Assembly (NCBI GenBank): GCA_038233665.1
Contig: JBBSVJ010000001.1
Coordinates: 13,781-77,780 of the forward strand
Length of the DNA stretch: 64,000 nt
Direction of reading: 5' to 3'
Source of the DNA: Lysobacterales bacterium
Lineage (GTDB): Bacteria; Pseudomonadota; Gammaproteobacteria; Xanthomonadales; Rhodanobacteraceae
Shown here: piece after piece, positions 20,501-29,381 of the stretch
Layout: every line of letters starts with the position of its first letter
How positions within the stretch are numbered: position 1 is the first letter of the stretch
The notes under the pieces: generated by a model
What the model saw: only the letters and a program-made list of their open reading frames with translations
What the model was told of the DNA's origin: nothing
Database searches by the model: none
Program-made: the position numbers and the translations under genes

Positions 20501-21568
20501 TTGGCCGACGTCTTGGTGAGCTATCTGAAAAAGGTGACTGGCGTGGATATCACGCCCGCTGATTTTTCTGCTGTCGACTTGCCCACCCATTTATTGATGC
20601 GATTCCGCGTCCACGATGAACAAGGCAAGGTCATCGCGGAAGGGCGCGATCTGGCTGCGATCCAGCGCGACTGGGCCGATGCTGCGCGCGAGGCCTTTTC
20701 ACAGCGCGCCGATGCCGAGCTGACCCGCGAAGATCTTGCCGATTTTGATATCGAGGACATTCCCGAATCGATCCGTTCGCCGGAGGGCCTGGTGGCGTAT
20801 CCGGCCTTGGTTGATCTCGGTGACAGCGTCGCCTTGCGCGTGTTCGAGAACGCCGATGATGCACGCGAGGAGCACAGACGGGGTATTGAGCGGCTATTGC
20901 GCAGAGCGTTGTCGGACAAGATCAAACAGGCCTGTCGGCAATTGCCGCTGGCTAATATGACTGCGCTGAAATGGGCGTCCCTCGGTAGCGCGGAAACCCT
21001 GCGCGCCGATATCGTCGAGGCGGCAGTGGCTGAGTGCCTGCAGGCGCGCGACCTGGATTCGCGAACGCGAAGCGATTTCGAAAATCTGAAGACAACGTTG
21101 GCCAAAGCAGTTTTCCCGGCTGCGGTGGAGCGGCTCAAACTCGCCGAGACGATCATTGAGGCGCATGCCGAGTTGATGCCGTGGCTGGAGCCGCCGTTGC
21201 TCGGATTCGCCAGTGCCAACTACGAAGATCTACTGGAACAACGTGACGAGTTGCTAGCGCCCGGCTTTTTGCGCGAGACCGATCCGCGTCGACTCGGACA
21301 CTTTCCGCGCTATCTGCGCGGCATGCGTCTTCGTGGCGAGCGCTTGCGTCAGGATCCGGCGCGTGATCAGGCGCGAATGATCAACGTTCACACCTATTGG
21401 CGCGAATACCTCAAGCGACGCAGCGGCGCCGATGCGGATGCAGAGGCGCTCAACGAGTTGCGCTGGTTGATCGAGGAGTTGCGTGTGTCGGTGTTTGCGC
21501 AGGAGTTGCGCACAGCAGAACCGGTTTCAACGAAACGTTTGGCCAAGGCGGTCGCGGCCCTTGGCTGA
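17579..21568 (+). CDS. hrpA: ATP-dependent RNA helicase HrpA
   Basis: GETGSGKTT, DEAH, SAT, QRKGRCGR and a DUF3418-type C-terminus (RWLIEELRVSVFAQEL). Confidence 0.96.
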   Translation: MSDLSKLKSALTGVSTRDRGRLIGRWRRLEKEGEAVNTEQVAKLAAEIEASTANVAARAARMPVIRIDESLPIAARSAEIIKLIREHQVIVLAGETGSGKTTQLPKLCLAAGRGTAGLIGCTQPRRIAARTVARRVADELASTVGDLVGFQVRFTEQVGDAALIKFMTDGILLAETQGDAWLSRYDTIILDEAHERSLNIDFLLGYLKRLLAKRRDLKLIVTSATIDTARFAAHFDNAPVVEVEGRTYPVEVRWRPPPERGETSSVEQIVSAIDEITAEDPRGDVLIFLPGEREIRDAHLALDRRNYRETEVLALYARLSAAEQDRVFKPGSKRRIVLATNVAETSLTVPRIRFVVDTGNARVKRYSQRGQLERLHIEPISQAAADQRKGRCGRVAAGICYRLYAEDDYTERQRYTDPEIMRTSLAGVILRMLSLKLGDVADFPFVEAPPERAIGDGYRRLIEIGAIDEQHRLTKIGSTIASLPVDVALARMLIEAQRLGVSRELMILVSFLSIQDPRERPADARQQADAAHAQFTDPKSDFIGVLNLWAAYATAHEEFTQSKLRDWCRAHFLSFMRMREWRELHRQLLVGPGVGSRDALVERPRLENRESRVGRSRRKGQLNNQVDAIESKAGLPGAALTVSHSPFPNPDNGEAIHRCLLSGWPTQVARKDERNQFRGTRERKFAIFPGSALAKSPPQWVLAGQIIDIGKVYAMQCARIEPLWIEQQAAHLIRRSWNDAHWSRKRGAVVAYEQISLFGLILVEKRAVQFGKQDPVLAHQIFVREGLATGEIDARADFIRANQRTLAQALEIEAKQRRSGLLKSPDELVALFDGRLPADIHTSAALDAWYRKASPAEQAALRWSLADVLSSTPGLAAEDFPTSLTVASQDLRLDYRFVPGDSADGVSIHLPLALVNALSASACEWLVPGLLIEKVSELIRGLPKALRRNFVPAPDFARAFVESLGPTKSTRERPLADVLVSYLKKVTGVDITPADFSAVDLPTHLLMRFRVHDEQGKVIAEGRDLAAIQRDWADAAREAFSQRADAELTREDLADFDIEDIPESIRSPEGLVAYPALVDLGDSVALRVFENADDAREEHRRGIERLLRRALSDKIKQACRQLPLANMTALKWASLGSAETLRADIVEAAVAECLQARDLDSRTRSDFENLKTTLAKAVFPAAVERLKLAETIIEAHAELMPWLEPPLLGFASANYEDLLEQRDELLAPGFLRETDPRRLGHFPRYLRGMRLRGERLRQDPARDQARMINVHTYWREYLKRRSGADADAEALNELRWLIEELRVSVFAQELRTAEPVSTKRLAKAVAALG
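19358..19531. repeat. Degenerate GGGA(A/G)TC-type inverted-repeat element inside hrpA
   Basis: GTCGGGAGTCG (19358-19368) and CGAATCCCGAC (19521-19531) are inverted with 1 mismatch. Further degenerate heptamers occur inside. Length is 174 bp. Confidence 0.55.
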
Positions 21569-21693
21569 ACACGAATCGGCAACCGACTGTCGTTTCAGCG
21601 GACTCGAAAGAGCCCGGCCAAACGGCGAATCTATTCGTCAAATTGAATTAGAAGCTCTCCCGTGTAAGGGCGCCAACCTTTGAATCGCAATGG

Positions 21694-21765
21694 GTAGGAG
21701 CCCCACCAGGGGCGAGATTTTCTGGACTGGTCGGGGCGCGAGTTCGCCCCTGGCGGGGCTCGTAC
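21694..21765. repeat. GTAG-family REP doublet (REPIN-like)
   Basis: GTAGGAGCCCCACCAGGGGCGA ... TCGCCCCTGGCGGGGCTCGTAC form an inverted pair between convergent genes. Confidence 0.85.
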
Positions 21766-21802
21766 AGGAGCCTAGGGACGGTAGCCGGGGCCGGTCTGTT
21801 GG

Positions 21803-22276
21803 TTACTTGACGCGCTTGACGCGGATATCGCAACCGCAACCATCCACATACATCAACCAACTGCCGAGGCTCATCGGTTTGATGATGACTTTCGGCGAGC
21901 TCATGCTGTAGCCGCTTCTTCCGCCTTCGGCTTGCTCCCATACCTGGCCGTTCTCAAGGGTGACCCGCGTTTTCCCGCGCCAACCGGTGAATTCGCCAAC
22001 AATGCTGGAGTCAATCCGATCGCGATCGCTGTCGGCATAAAATTCGGTGCTGCCGTCGCGGCGCTTGAGCGGTGCGCCCATGACGCTGACACCCTTGGAC
22101 TGGATCCACTGATTGAGAAACTTCAGTTGCTCCGGACTTAACTTTTCGAGCCCGGCGGATGAGAACTCATCCTGCGACATGCGCTCTTCCAGGGTCGGCG
22201 CCTGGGACTGGGCCAAGGCAACGCTGGCGAACGGAAGAGCGAAAAACAGGACAAAAAACAGGGCTCTGGGATGCAT
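21803..22276 (-). CDS. Secreted hypothetical protein
   Basis: Signal peptide ending in ALA-Q, then MSQDEFSSAGLEKLSPEQL and IVGEFTGWRGKTRVTLENGQVWEQ. Confidence 0.78.
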   Translation of the reverse strand: MHPRALFFVLFFALPFASVALAQSQAPTLEERMSQDEFSSAGLEKLSPEQLKFLNQWIQSKGVSVMGAPLKRRDGSTEFYADSDRDRIDSSIVGEFTGWRGKTRVTLENGQVWEQAEGGRSGYSMSSPKVIIKPMSLGSWLMYVDGCGCDIRVKRVK

Positions 22277-22509
22277 GGAATGGACTCTTGGCGAGGGTCA
22301 AATTGTGACCCGTTGGGCGAAAACTCGTTCACTAACGGGAGGTTAACAGGTGCACTTTGCGAATTCAGGCGTTAGAATCGTGGCTTGCGCAGTCTAGCAT
22401 CGGCCATCGGCCCTGTGCCTGACCCGACGGTTTGCTCGAGATATACCCGATCGCTGCTGTCGCTGTTGTTTTGATTCTGCTGTGTTTTCTTTGTGGATTG
22501 ACTGAACTG

Positions 22510-23514
22510 ATGATCAAGTGTCTTGCTGGCAGCCTCAAGGCTGCGCTCTCCATGGTCCTGCTCGCAGGCGCCAGTTCCGCTTTGGCGACTGACCAAGTGG
22601 CCACCTTGATCGGTGGCGATACGACCTCTGGCGACCAGGCAACCGTTGCACTCGACAGCAGCGTACCGGACGCTTTCACCTACCAGCGCCCATCAAGTGG
22701 TCCGGCGACCGCGACCGCCTACCTCAATTCGCACGTTTTCTGTGCCGAAACTCCGCGCTCGCCGGAGCAGGTCTCACTGCGTCCGCGATTCCAGCAGTCG
22801 ATCGCCCAGGGCAACGATGTTTGGCAGTTCCCCGATGTCTATGCGCACAGTCTGGTGTATCAGGGCAGCGGTTTCGGCAAGGCCGGAGCGCCAGCGTTGT
22901 TCATCGGCCAGGGAACCAGCCTGGTCGACAAGCAGTTCCGTTGCCTGACCTCGTTTCCTGGCAGCAGCCTGGATTTTCCGAATGTCAGCCAAGGTCTTTT
23001 CGACAGCGGCTTTGGCGGCAACATCACACCGACGGCGCCGACGGGCACACACCAGAATGTAACCGTTCAAGCGGATACGTTCACCGGTTTCAGTGGTCTT
23101 GCGGTCAGTGTGGTCAAAGTCGATACCCAGTTTGATTTCGTCAATGGTGCGGGCGTGGTCTGGACCCTGGTCGATGGCTTCAATACCAGCGCATTGTCGC
23201 CGGTGGCTGATGCAACCTGGTGCGGTCTTGGCACGCTGTGGGTTGAAGGCGCCACGCCGCCGCCGCAACTTTGCGACGATGCGTTGCTTGTCGGCGTGGT
23301 CAAGCAGAACGGCCCGTTCGTTCGACAGTTGATTACCGCGCCGTTGGGTTCAACGCCCTATTACGTGCTGGTTTATCGGCCGATAGTCGGTGTCGCCACT
23401 GCGGGTTCACCGAAGCAGGGTTTCGCCGCATTGCGAACCGGTGGCGGAATCGTCGGCTTGGCCGAGGAATCCCAGGATTGGTATACCGACGACAGCGTCT
23501 GGTACAACTACTAA
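22510..23514 (+). CDS. Secreted hypothetical protein, beta-rich
   Basis: Signal peptide MIKCLAGSLKAALSMVLLAGASSALA. Thr/Ser/Gly-rich with several Cys, followed by a hairpin. Confidence 0.72.
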   Translation: MIKCLAGSLKAALSMVLLAGASSALATDQVATLIGGDTTSGDQATVALDSSVPDAFTYQRPSSGPATATAYLNSHVFCAETPRSPEQVSLRPRFQQSIAQGNDVWQFPDVYAHSLVYQGSGFGKAGAPALFIGQGTSLVDKQFRCLTSFPGSSLDFPNVSQGLFDSGFGGNITPTAPTGTHQNVTVQADTFTGFSGLAVSVVKVDTQFDFVNGAGVVWTLVDGFNTSALSPVADATWCGLGTLWVEGATPPPQLCDDALLVGVVKQNGPFVRQLITAPLGSTPYYVLVYRPIVGVATAGSPKQGFAALRTGGGIVGLAEESQDWYTDDSVWYNY

Positions 23515-23522
23515 TCCTGATC

Positions 23523-23547
23523 AAGCGACCGGCAAGGCCGGTCGCTT
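23523..23547. terminator. Stem-loop, possible terminator
   Basis: AAGCGACCGGC-AAG-GCCGGTCGCTT has an 11-bp stem and lies 8 bp after the stop codon. It has only a short T tract. Confidence 0.55.
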
Positions 23548-23652
23548 CAATGGAATATACGCAGAGCAAGCGGTAGTTGCCCGTCCGCCGGTGACTGAAC
23601 GGACATTTCGCAGCAGCGTCTGTTGAGTCGATGCTGATTCGCTGACATCCTC

Positions 23653-25782
23653 GTGCAACCCACGATTCCGGAAGCCACCGTGCCGCACTCGAATATCGAT
23701 GCGATGCAGCGAATTGAAGACAAACTGGTGTCTTCGCCTGCTGCGCGCGAGCAATGGAGCGCAACGGCGGCTATCCGCAATGCCGTGCTTGCCGAGCTGG
23801 AGATTTTGCAGACCGGGCCGGTTGCGCGCGACGCCTTGCTGCTGTTCGAAGCACAATTGGCCGGCTGCCTATTCAGCGAAGCAGAGCTTCAGGCTTTCGG
23901 TAACGAAGTGGCCGATCTGGTCGAAGGTCAGCGCGCCGCCGAGAAGGTCTGGTCACTCTACGCCGCGCGCAGTGGCGCAGGTGCAGCTGAGGGGCTTCGT
24001 CGACTATTGCTCGCGATCATCCGCGACTTGCGCGTGGTTTTTATCCTGCTCGCCCGACAATTGGTGTTGATGCGTCGGGCGGCCGAAATCGGCGACGTCG
24101 AGCGCCAGTCGTTGGCCCAGTTGACCGCAGACATCCACGCGCCGCTGGCCAATCGACTTGGCATCTGGCAACTCAAGTGGGAACTCGAAGATCTGGCGTT
24201 CCGCTATCTGCAGCCGGATACCTATCGAAAAATCGCAAGGCTGCTCGACGAGCGACGCGGTGACCGTGAAGCCTGGATCGCGAACGCGACCGATCTGCTG
24301 CGCAGCGCATTGGCCACGGCCGAAATCGAGGCGGATGTCGCTGGACGGCCCAAGCACATCAGCTCGATCTGGCGAAAAATGCAGAAAAAAGGGCTAGATT
24401 TTTCCGACCTCTACGATATTCGCGCACTGCGCGTGCTCGTTCGCGACGTGCCTTCCTGCTACGCCGCGTTGGGCGTTGTGCATTCGCAATGGCCATTCAT
24501 CGCCGGTGAGTTCGACGACTATATCGCCAGTCCGAAAGGCAATAATTACCAATCACTGCATACCGCGGTGATCGGCCCGGAAGGTCGAACTCTGGAAGTA
24601 CAAATTCGATCGCACGACATGCATGCCTATGCCGAGCTCGGTTTCGCCGCGCATTGGCGCTACAAGGAGGGCAGCGGTGGAGATGCGAGCTTCGAGCGCA
24701 AGATCGCCTGGATGCGCCAGCTGCTCGAAGGTCGCGAAGAACACGACGACGACGCCAGTCTGCTTGCCGGGTTCCGCACCGATGTCATTGAGGATCGGGT
24801 CTATCTGCTGACCCCGAAAGGCCAGGTACTGGATTTGCCGAAGGGCGCTACCGTGCTCGATTTCGCCTACATCGTGCACACCGACGTGGGTCACCGTTGC
24901 CGTGGTGCCAAGGTCAACGGACGCATCGTGCCGTTGACTTTTCAGCCGAACAGCGGCGATCGCATCGAGATTCTCACCGGCAAGAGCGCCGAGCCGCGAC
25001 GTGACTGGTTGTCGACGCATCACGGATTTTTGCAGACCGCGCGAAGTCGCAACAAGGTTCGCAACTGGTTTCGCCAAGCTGATCGCGAGATCAACGTCGC
25101 CGCCGGTCGTAGTGTGCTTGATCGCGAACTCAAGCGGCTCGCGTTGCACAATGTCGATCTCGACAGCTTGCCGATACGCTTCCATTTGCGAGCTGTTGAA
25201 GATCTTTACGAAGCGATTGCGCTGGGTGACGTGACGCCTACCCAGATCGCGCGCACCTTGCACGAGGGCGAGCGCCGCGAGGACGCTGTCAGCGCCCGGG
25301 TTTTGCCGGTTTCCAAGCCGATCGTCCCGGCCAAAGATGCCTTGGTCATCGAAGGCGTTGGCAACCTGCTATCGGTGCTGGCGCGTTGCTGCCAACCGGT
25401 GCCCGGAGATGCGGTTGCCGGCTTCATCACGCGGGGGCGTGGGGTCAGTGTTCATCGGACTGACTGCCGACAGCTGCAGCGGCTGCGTTTGCGTGATGCC
25501 GATCGCATCATTGATGTCGAGTGGGGCGGCGCCAAACAACGCGCCTACGAGGTTGATGTGCTGGTGCGCGGCTACGACCGCAAAGGCCTGCACAAGGATG
25601 TCAGCAACGTGATTGCTGCCGCCAACATCCACATTCTCGCGATCGAGGCGCGCAGCGACCCGGCCAGCAACGAGGTCAGCATGAGTCTGGCTTTGCGGGT
25701 AGCCGATTTTGGACAACTTTCGACCCTGCTCAGCCAATTGCATGCGGTGCCCAACGTGATCGAGGCGCGGCGGCGAGCCTGA
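23653..25782 (+). CDS. relA: (p)ppGpp synthetase RelA
   Basis: APLANRLGIWQLKWELED, GRPKHISSIWRKM, DIRALR and EFDDYIASPKGNNYQSLHT, then TGS, CCQPVPGD and ACT domains. The hydrolase region is degenerate. Confidence 0.95.
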   Translation: MQPTIPEATVPHSNIDAMQRIEDKLVSSPAAREQWSATAAIRNAVLAELEILQTGPVARDALLLFEAQLAGCLFSEAELQAFGNEVADLVEGQRAAEKVWSLYAARSGAGAAEGLRRLLLAIIRDLRVVFILLARQLVLMRRAAEIGDVERQSLAQLTADIHAPLANRLGIWQLKWELEDLAFRYLQPDTYRKIARLLDERRGDREAWIANATDLLRSALATAEIEADVAGRPKHISSIWRKMQKKGLDFSDLYDIRALRVLVRDVPSCYAALGVVHSQWPFIAGEFDDYIASPKGNNYQSLHTAVIGPEGRTLEVQIRSHDMHAYAELGFAAHWRYKEGSGGDASFERKIAWMRQLLEGREEHDDDASLLAGFRTDVIEDRVYLLTPKGQVLDLPKGATVLDFAYIVHTDVGHRCRGAKVNGRIVPLTFQPNSGDRIEILTGKSAEPRRDWLSTHHGFLQTARSRNKVRNWFRQADREINVAAGRSVLDRELKRLALHNVDLDSLPIRFHLRAVEDLYEAIALGDVTPTQIARTLHEGERREDAVSARVLPVSKPIVPAKDALVIEGVGNLLSVLARCCQPVPGDAVAGFITRGRGVSVHRTDCRQLQRLRLRDADRIIDVEWGGAKQRAYEVDVLVRGYDRKGLHKDVSNVIAAANIHILAIEARSDPASNEVSMSLALRVADFGQLSTLLSQLHAVPNVIEARRRA

Positions 25783-25877
25783 TTTTGCAGCACATTCGTA
25801 GCGGCCATCCGAGGGTTTGGGCTGATATGCTATCGCCCTCGCTGCAGTGCCGCCTTGGGCATGGAAAGAACTCGCCT

Positions 25878-28424
25878 GTGATCGAAATTCCTGGATACCG
25901 ATTGTTGCGGCAACTTGGCCGCGGCGGCATGGCTACCGTGTATCTGGCGGTCCAGGAATCCGTTGACCGCGAAGTTGCGCTCAAGATCATGTCACCCGCC
26001 TTGCTGGCCGACCCGAATTTCGGTGAACGGTTTCTGCGCGAGGCCAAGATCGCCGCGCGGTTGCATCACCGTCACGTCGTCGGCATCCATGATGTCAGTC
26101 GCGTTGGCGACTATCACTACATGGCGATGGAGTATCTCGCCGGCGGTCCGGTGCTGAGCAAGCAAGGCCCGGCCCGGCCTGTTTCATTTGCCTTGCGCGT
26201 GACCCGCGAGATTGCCGGCGCGATCAACTACGCGCAGCAAAAAGGTTTCATTCACCGCGACATCAAGCCCGACAATATCCTGTTGCGCGATGATGATTCC
26301 GCCGCACTGACCGATTTCGGTATTGCGCGAGCCAATGATTCGGCAACGCGCATGACGCGCACGGGCGCGGTCGTCGGTACGCCGCACTACATGAGCCCCG
26401 AGCAGGCCCGCGGCAAGCCGCTTGACGGGCGTGCCGATCTCTACAGCCTCGGCGTCGTGCTTTACGAAATGCTGGTCGGTCGCGTGCCCTATCACGCCGA
26501 GGATTCACTCGCCGTCGGTATCATGCATATCACCCAGCCGGTGCCCAAACTGCCGGAATCGCTGGCCGTGCTGCAACCGCTCGTTGATGGCCTGCTCGCC
26601 AAGGAGCCGCACGACCGATTCCAGACGGGCAACGATGCAGCGATGGCGATTGCACGCTACGAAAAGGCCATTGCCAACGGAGAACTTCCCGATCTGGCGG
26701 ATGATGCGATGCAGGCAGCGCGCATGGTTCGCTCGATGGACACCAGTGTCTCACCCCGGCCTGAAACTTTGATCTCGCCGCGGCCGAACTCCTCCGATCA
26801 AAGTTCGCGTAATCGCTCTGATCCGAGCATGGGTCGGCTGGAGGAAATTCTTGCTGCGACCGACGATCACATCATGCGCGCGAGTCGCGTATCAAACCGT
26901 CGGGCCAAGGCGAAGCGTCGGGTCAATGGAATCTGGATTGTTCTGATTGTGTTGCTCATCGGCGTCGGCGCCGGTGGCTTCATGTTGTGGAAACATCAGG
27001 ATTGGTTGCGCGCTTTTCTGCCCAATACCGAGATGAACGACATGCTTGCGCGAGCGCAAAAAGCACTCGAAGCGGGTAATCTCGATGGCAATCAGGGAGA
27101 TAGCGCGCGTGAGTTGTTTCAGACTGCCCGCGCACAGGATCAGGATAACGATATTGCTCGCCGCGGGTTGCGTGCGGTTGGTGAAAAGTTGATTGAACGA
27201 GCACGCGACGCGTTGAAGCGTAACGATGCCGGCCTCGCTCGCCAAGCGGTGGCGGCAGCCCGCGAGTTGCTTGGTGGCGGCGCTGACGTGGAAGATGTGG
27301 AAAAATCAATCGCGGCAATCGATGCGCACGGTACCGAGGCGGAAACCGAGCTGAGCAAGGCGCAAGCGGCATTCGACGCTGGCCATCTGCTGGGCGATGA
27401 CGGTGCCGTGGCGATCTACCAACGTGCCTTGCTCAGTGAAACCGGCAGCGCGCTGGCCCGCGCCGGAATCAATCGCTGCGTTGATCAACTCGCCGTGCAG
27501 GCGCGCGCGGCGTTCGAGGCAAACGATCTCGCCAATGCATCATCGCGGATCGAGGATATCGCGCGCATCCTGCCAGCGTTTCCGGAATTGCCCGAGTTGC
27601 GCGCGCAACTGGGCCAGCATCGCGACGCGGCAGCAGCCGATCTAGAAAAGGATCTGACACGCGCCGAGGCGCAGTTGCGCGCAGGACGGATCAGCGGTAA
27701 TGCGGATTCGGCGCAAACCTTGTTCGAATCCGTGATCACGCGCGAGAGCAACAACGCCCGCGCGAAAGCGGGTCTGCGCAGAGTCGCCCAAGCACTCGTT
27801 GTGCAGGCGCGCGCGGCGCTCGAAAACAGCAATCCCGGGGCCGCAGATCGGCTGCTCAAGCAAGCGGAGGCACTCGCAGGAGATCTACCTGATTTGCGTG
27901 CAGCGCGCGTCGATCTGCGTGAAATGCGGGAACGTCTGGCGATTGCCGCCGAACGACCCGTGGCCACTGCCTCCGACCTTGATCGGATGCGCAACCTGAT
28001 CGCCGAGGCGGACCAGGCGGCCAGCGCAGGGCGACTGATCAATCCGCCGGGCAACAGCGCCTATGATAAATACCGAGCCGCGCTCGCGATCGATGGCGAC
28101 AACACCGCGGCGCAGCAGGGCTTGGAGAAGATTCCAGGCCTCGCTCGCGCATTGTTCGACAAGGAACTTGCGGCGGGTGCCTTGAATCGAGCACTCGGTA
28201 TGCTTGAGGTTGTGCGTCAAACTGCACCATCGGATTCGTCGCTGCTGCCAATGTCTGAGCGCTTGGCCAATGCTTACCTGGATCTGAGCGAAAAACTGAT
28301 TGGTGAAAAACAGTCCGCCGCCGCCGAGCGTTCGTTGCAAACCGCACGTAAACTGAGCCCGACCAACCCGCGCCTGACAGCGGTGGAAGGATTGCTGCGC
28401 GGCCTGCCTGCGACCCAAGGCTGA
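25878..28424 (+). CDS. Transmembrane Hanks-type Ser/Thr protein kinase with repetitive helical extracytoplasmic domain
   Basis: GRGGMATVYLA, VALKIM, HRDIKPDN, DFGIA and GTPHYMSPE. One TM helix and four TPR-like repeats. A GTG start is inferred. Confidence 0.92.
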   Translation: MIEIPGYRLLRQLGRGGMATVYLAVQESVDREVALKIMSPALLADPNFGERFLREAKIAARLHHRHVVGIHDVSRVGDYHYMAMEYLAGGPVLSKQGPARPVSFALRVTREIAGAINYAQQKGFIHRDIKPDNILLRDDDSAALTDFGIARANDSATRMTRTGAVVGTPHYMSPEQARGKPLDGRADLYSLGVVLYEMLVGRVPYHAEDSLAVGIMHITQPVPKLPESLAVLQPLVDGLLAKEPHDRFQTGNDAAMAIARYEKAIANGELPDLADDAMQAARMVRSMDTSVSPRPETLISPRPNSSDQSSRNRSDPSMGRLEEILAATDDHIMRASRVSNRRAKAKRRVNGIWIVLIVLLIGVGAGGFMLWKHQDWLRAFLPNTEMNDMLARAQKALEAGNLDGNQGDSARELFQTARAQDQDNDIARRGLRAVGEKLIERARDALKRNDAGLARQAVAAARELLGGGADVEDVEKSIAAIDAHGTEAETELSKAQAAFDAGHLLGDDGAVAIYQRALLSETGSALARAGINRCVDQLAVQARAAFEANDLANASSRIEDIARILPAFPELPELRAQLGQHRDAAAADLEKDLTRAEAQLRAGRISGNADSAQTLFESVITRESNNARAKAGLRRVAQALVVQARAALENSNPGAADRLLKQAEALAGDLPDLRAARVDLREMRERLAIAAERPVATASDLDRMRNLIAEADQAASAGRLINPPGNSAYDKYRAALAIDGDNTAAQQGLEKIPGLARALFDKELAAGALNRALGMLEVVRQTAPSDSSLLPMSERLANAYLDLSEKLIGEKQSAAAERSLQTARKLSPTNPRLTAVEGLLRGLPATQG

Positions 28425-28475
28425 GTTTTCCAAGCCGTCCCTTGCTGAGGTTTGATTCAACCGGAGCCCGTGTGC

Positions 28476-29264
28476 ATGTGCATCCTGCTGATCGCGATTG
28501 ACGCCATGCCCGACTGGCCTTTGCTGCTGCTCGGCAATCGGGATGAATATTACCTGCGCCCGACGGCGTCGGCAGCACCTTGGCGAGGCGCGGCGGATTG
28601 CCTGGGCGGGCTGGATTTGCAAGCCGGCGGCAGTTGGCTTGCGCAACGCAATGATGGGCGTTTCGCCTCGGTGACCAATCTTCGCAATGGCACGCCCGTG
28701 CAGGCGCCACGCTCACGCGGCGCACTGGTGCATGACTTTGTCACCGGCAACCAGGCCCCCGCAGAATTTGCGCAGCGCGTGCTTAGTGAACTCGACGAGT
28801 ACGGCCCATTCAATCTGGTCTTTGGCGACCGCGACGGCGTCTATTTGATCGACGGGCTCGGCGCGAGCCTGCAGCGCTTGGAACCCGGTGTCCATGTTCT
28901 CGCCAATGGCCCGTTCGACAGCCATTGGCCGAAGATTGAACGACTGCGCCAGCGCTTCACGACAGCCGTGCGCAATGGGGATCGTGACGACAACACCTTC
29001 ATGTCGCTACTCTTCGATACGACGCAACCCGAGGATGCCGATCTGCCGGACACGGGCGTCGGCATCGATATCGAACGAATGCTCGCGCCGATTTTCATTC
29101 GTGGCGAAGCGTACGGAACGCGCGCCAGCAGCCTGGTCATGCGGCATGAAGATGGCAGTGTATTTTTCCGCGAGCGCAGCTTTGCGCCGCTTGGCGCGCA
29201 GACCGACGAGGTCTATTGGGAATGCCTGAAAGTGGACAATGAGTGGCGACTCGCAGACGAGTAA
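28476..29264 (+). CDS. NRDE/TANGO2 family protein
   Basis: N-terminal MC (Ntn-fold Cys), GNRDEYY, GGLDLQAGGSW, SRGALV and YGTRASS. Confidence 0.92.
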   Translation: MCILLIAIDAMPDWPLLLLGNRDEYYLRPTASAAPWRGAADCLGGLDLQAGGSWLAQRNDGRFASVTNLRNGTPVQAPRSRGALVHDFVTGNQAPAEFAQRVLSELDEYGPFNLVFGDRDGVYLIDGLGASLQRLEPGVHVLANGPFDSHWPKIERLRQRFTTAVRNGDRDDNTFMSLLFDTTQPEDADLPDTGVGIDIERMLAPIFIRGEAYGTRASSLVMRHEDGSVFFRERSFAPLGAQTDEVYWECLKVDNEWRLADE

Positions 29265-29381
29265 GTGTCGCGCGCGACCTGATCACTCGGCTCCTTTCCC
29301 AGGAGTCGGTTTTCGGGTCAGCTTTTCGAGCGGATTCACAGAAATGTCCACCTTGAAGCAAGCAGCGCTTGCAGCTCTCGG

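Noticed and set aside
23653-24150. Missing HD hydrolase motif in relA
   Set aside because: A degenerate hydrolase domain is normal for RelA in beta- and gammaproteobacteria.
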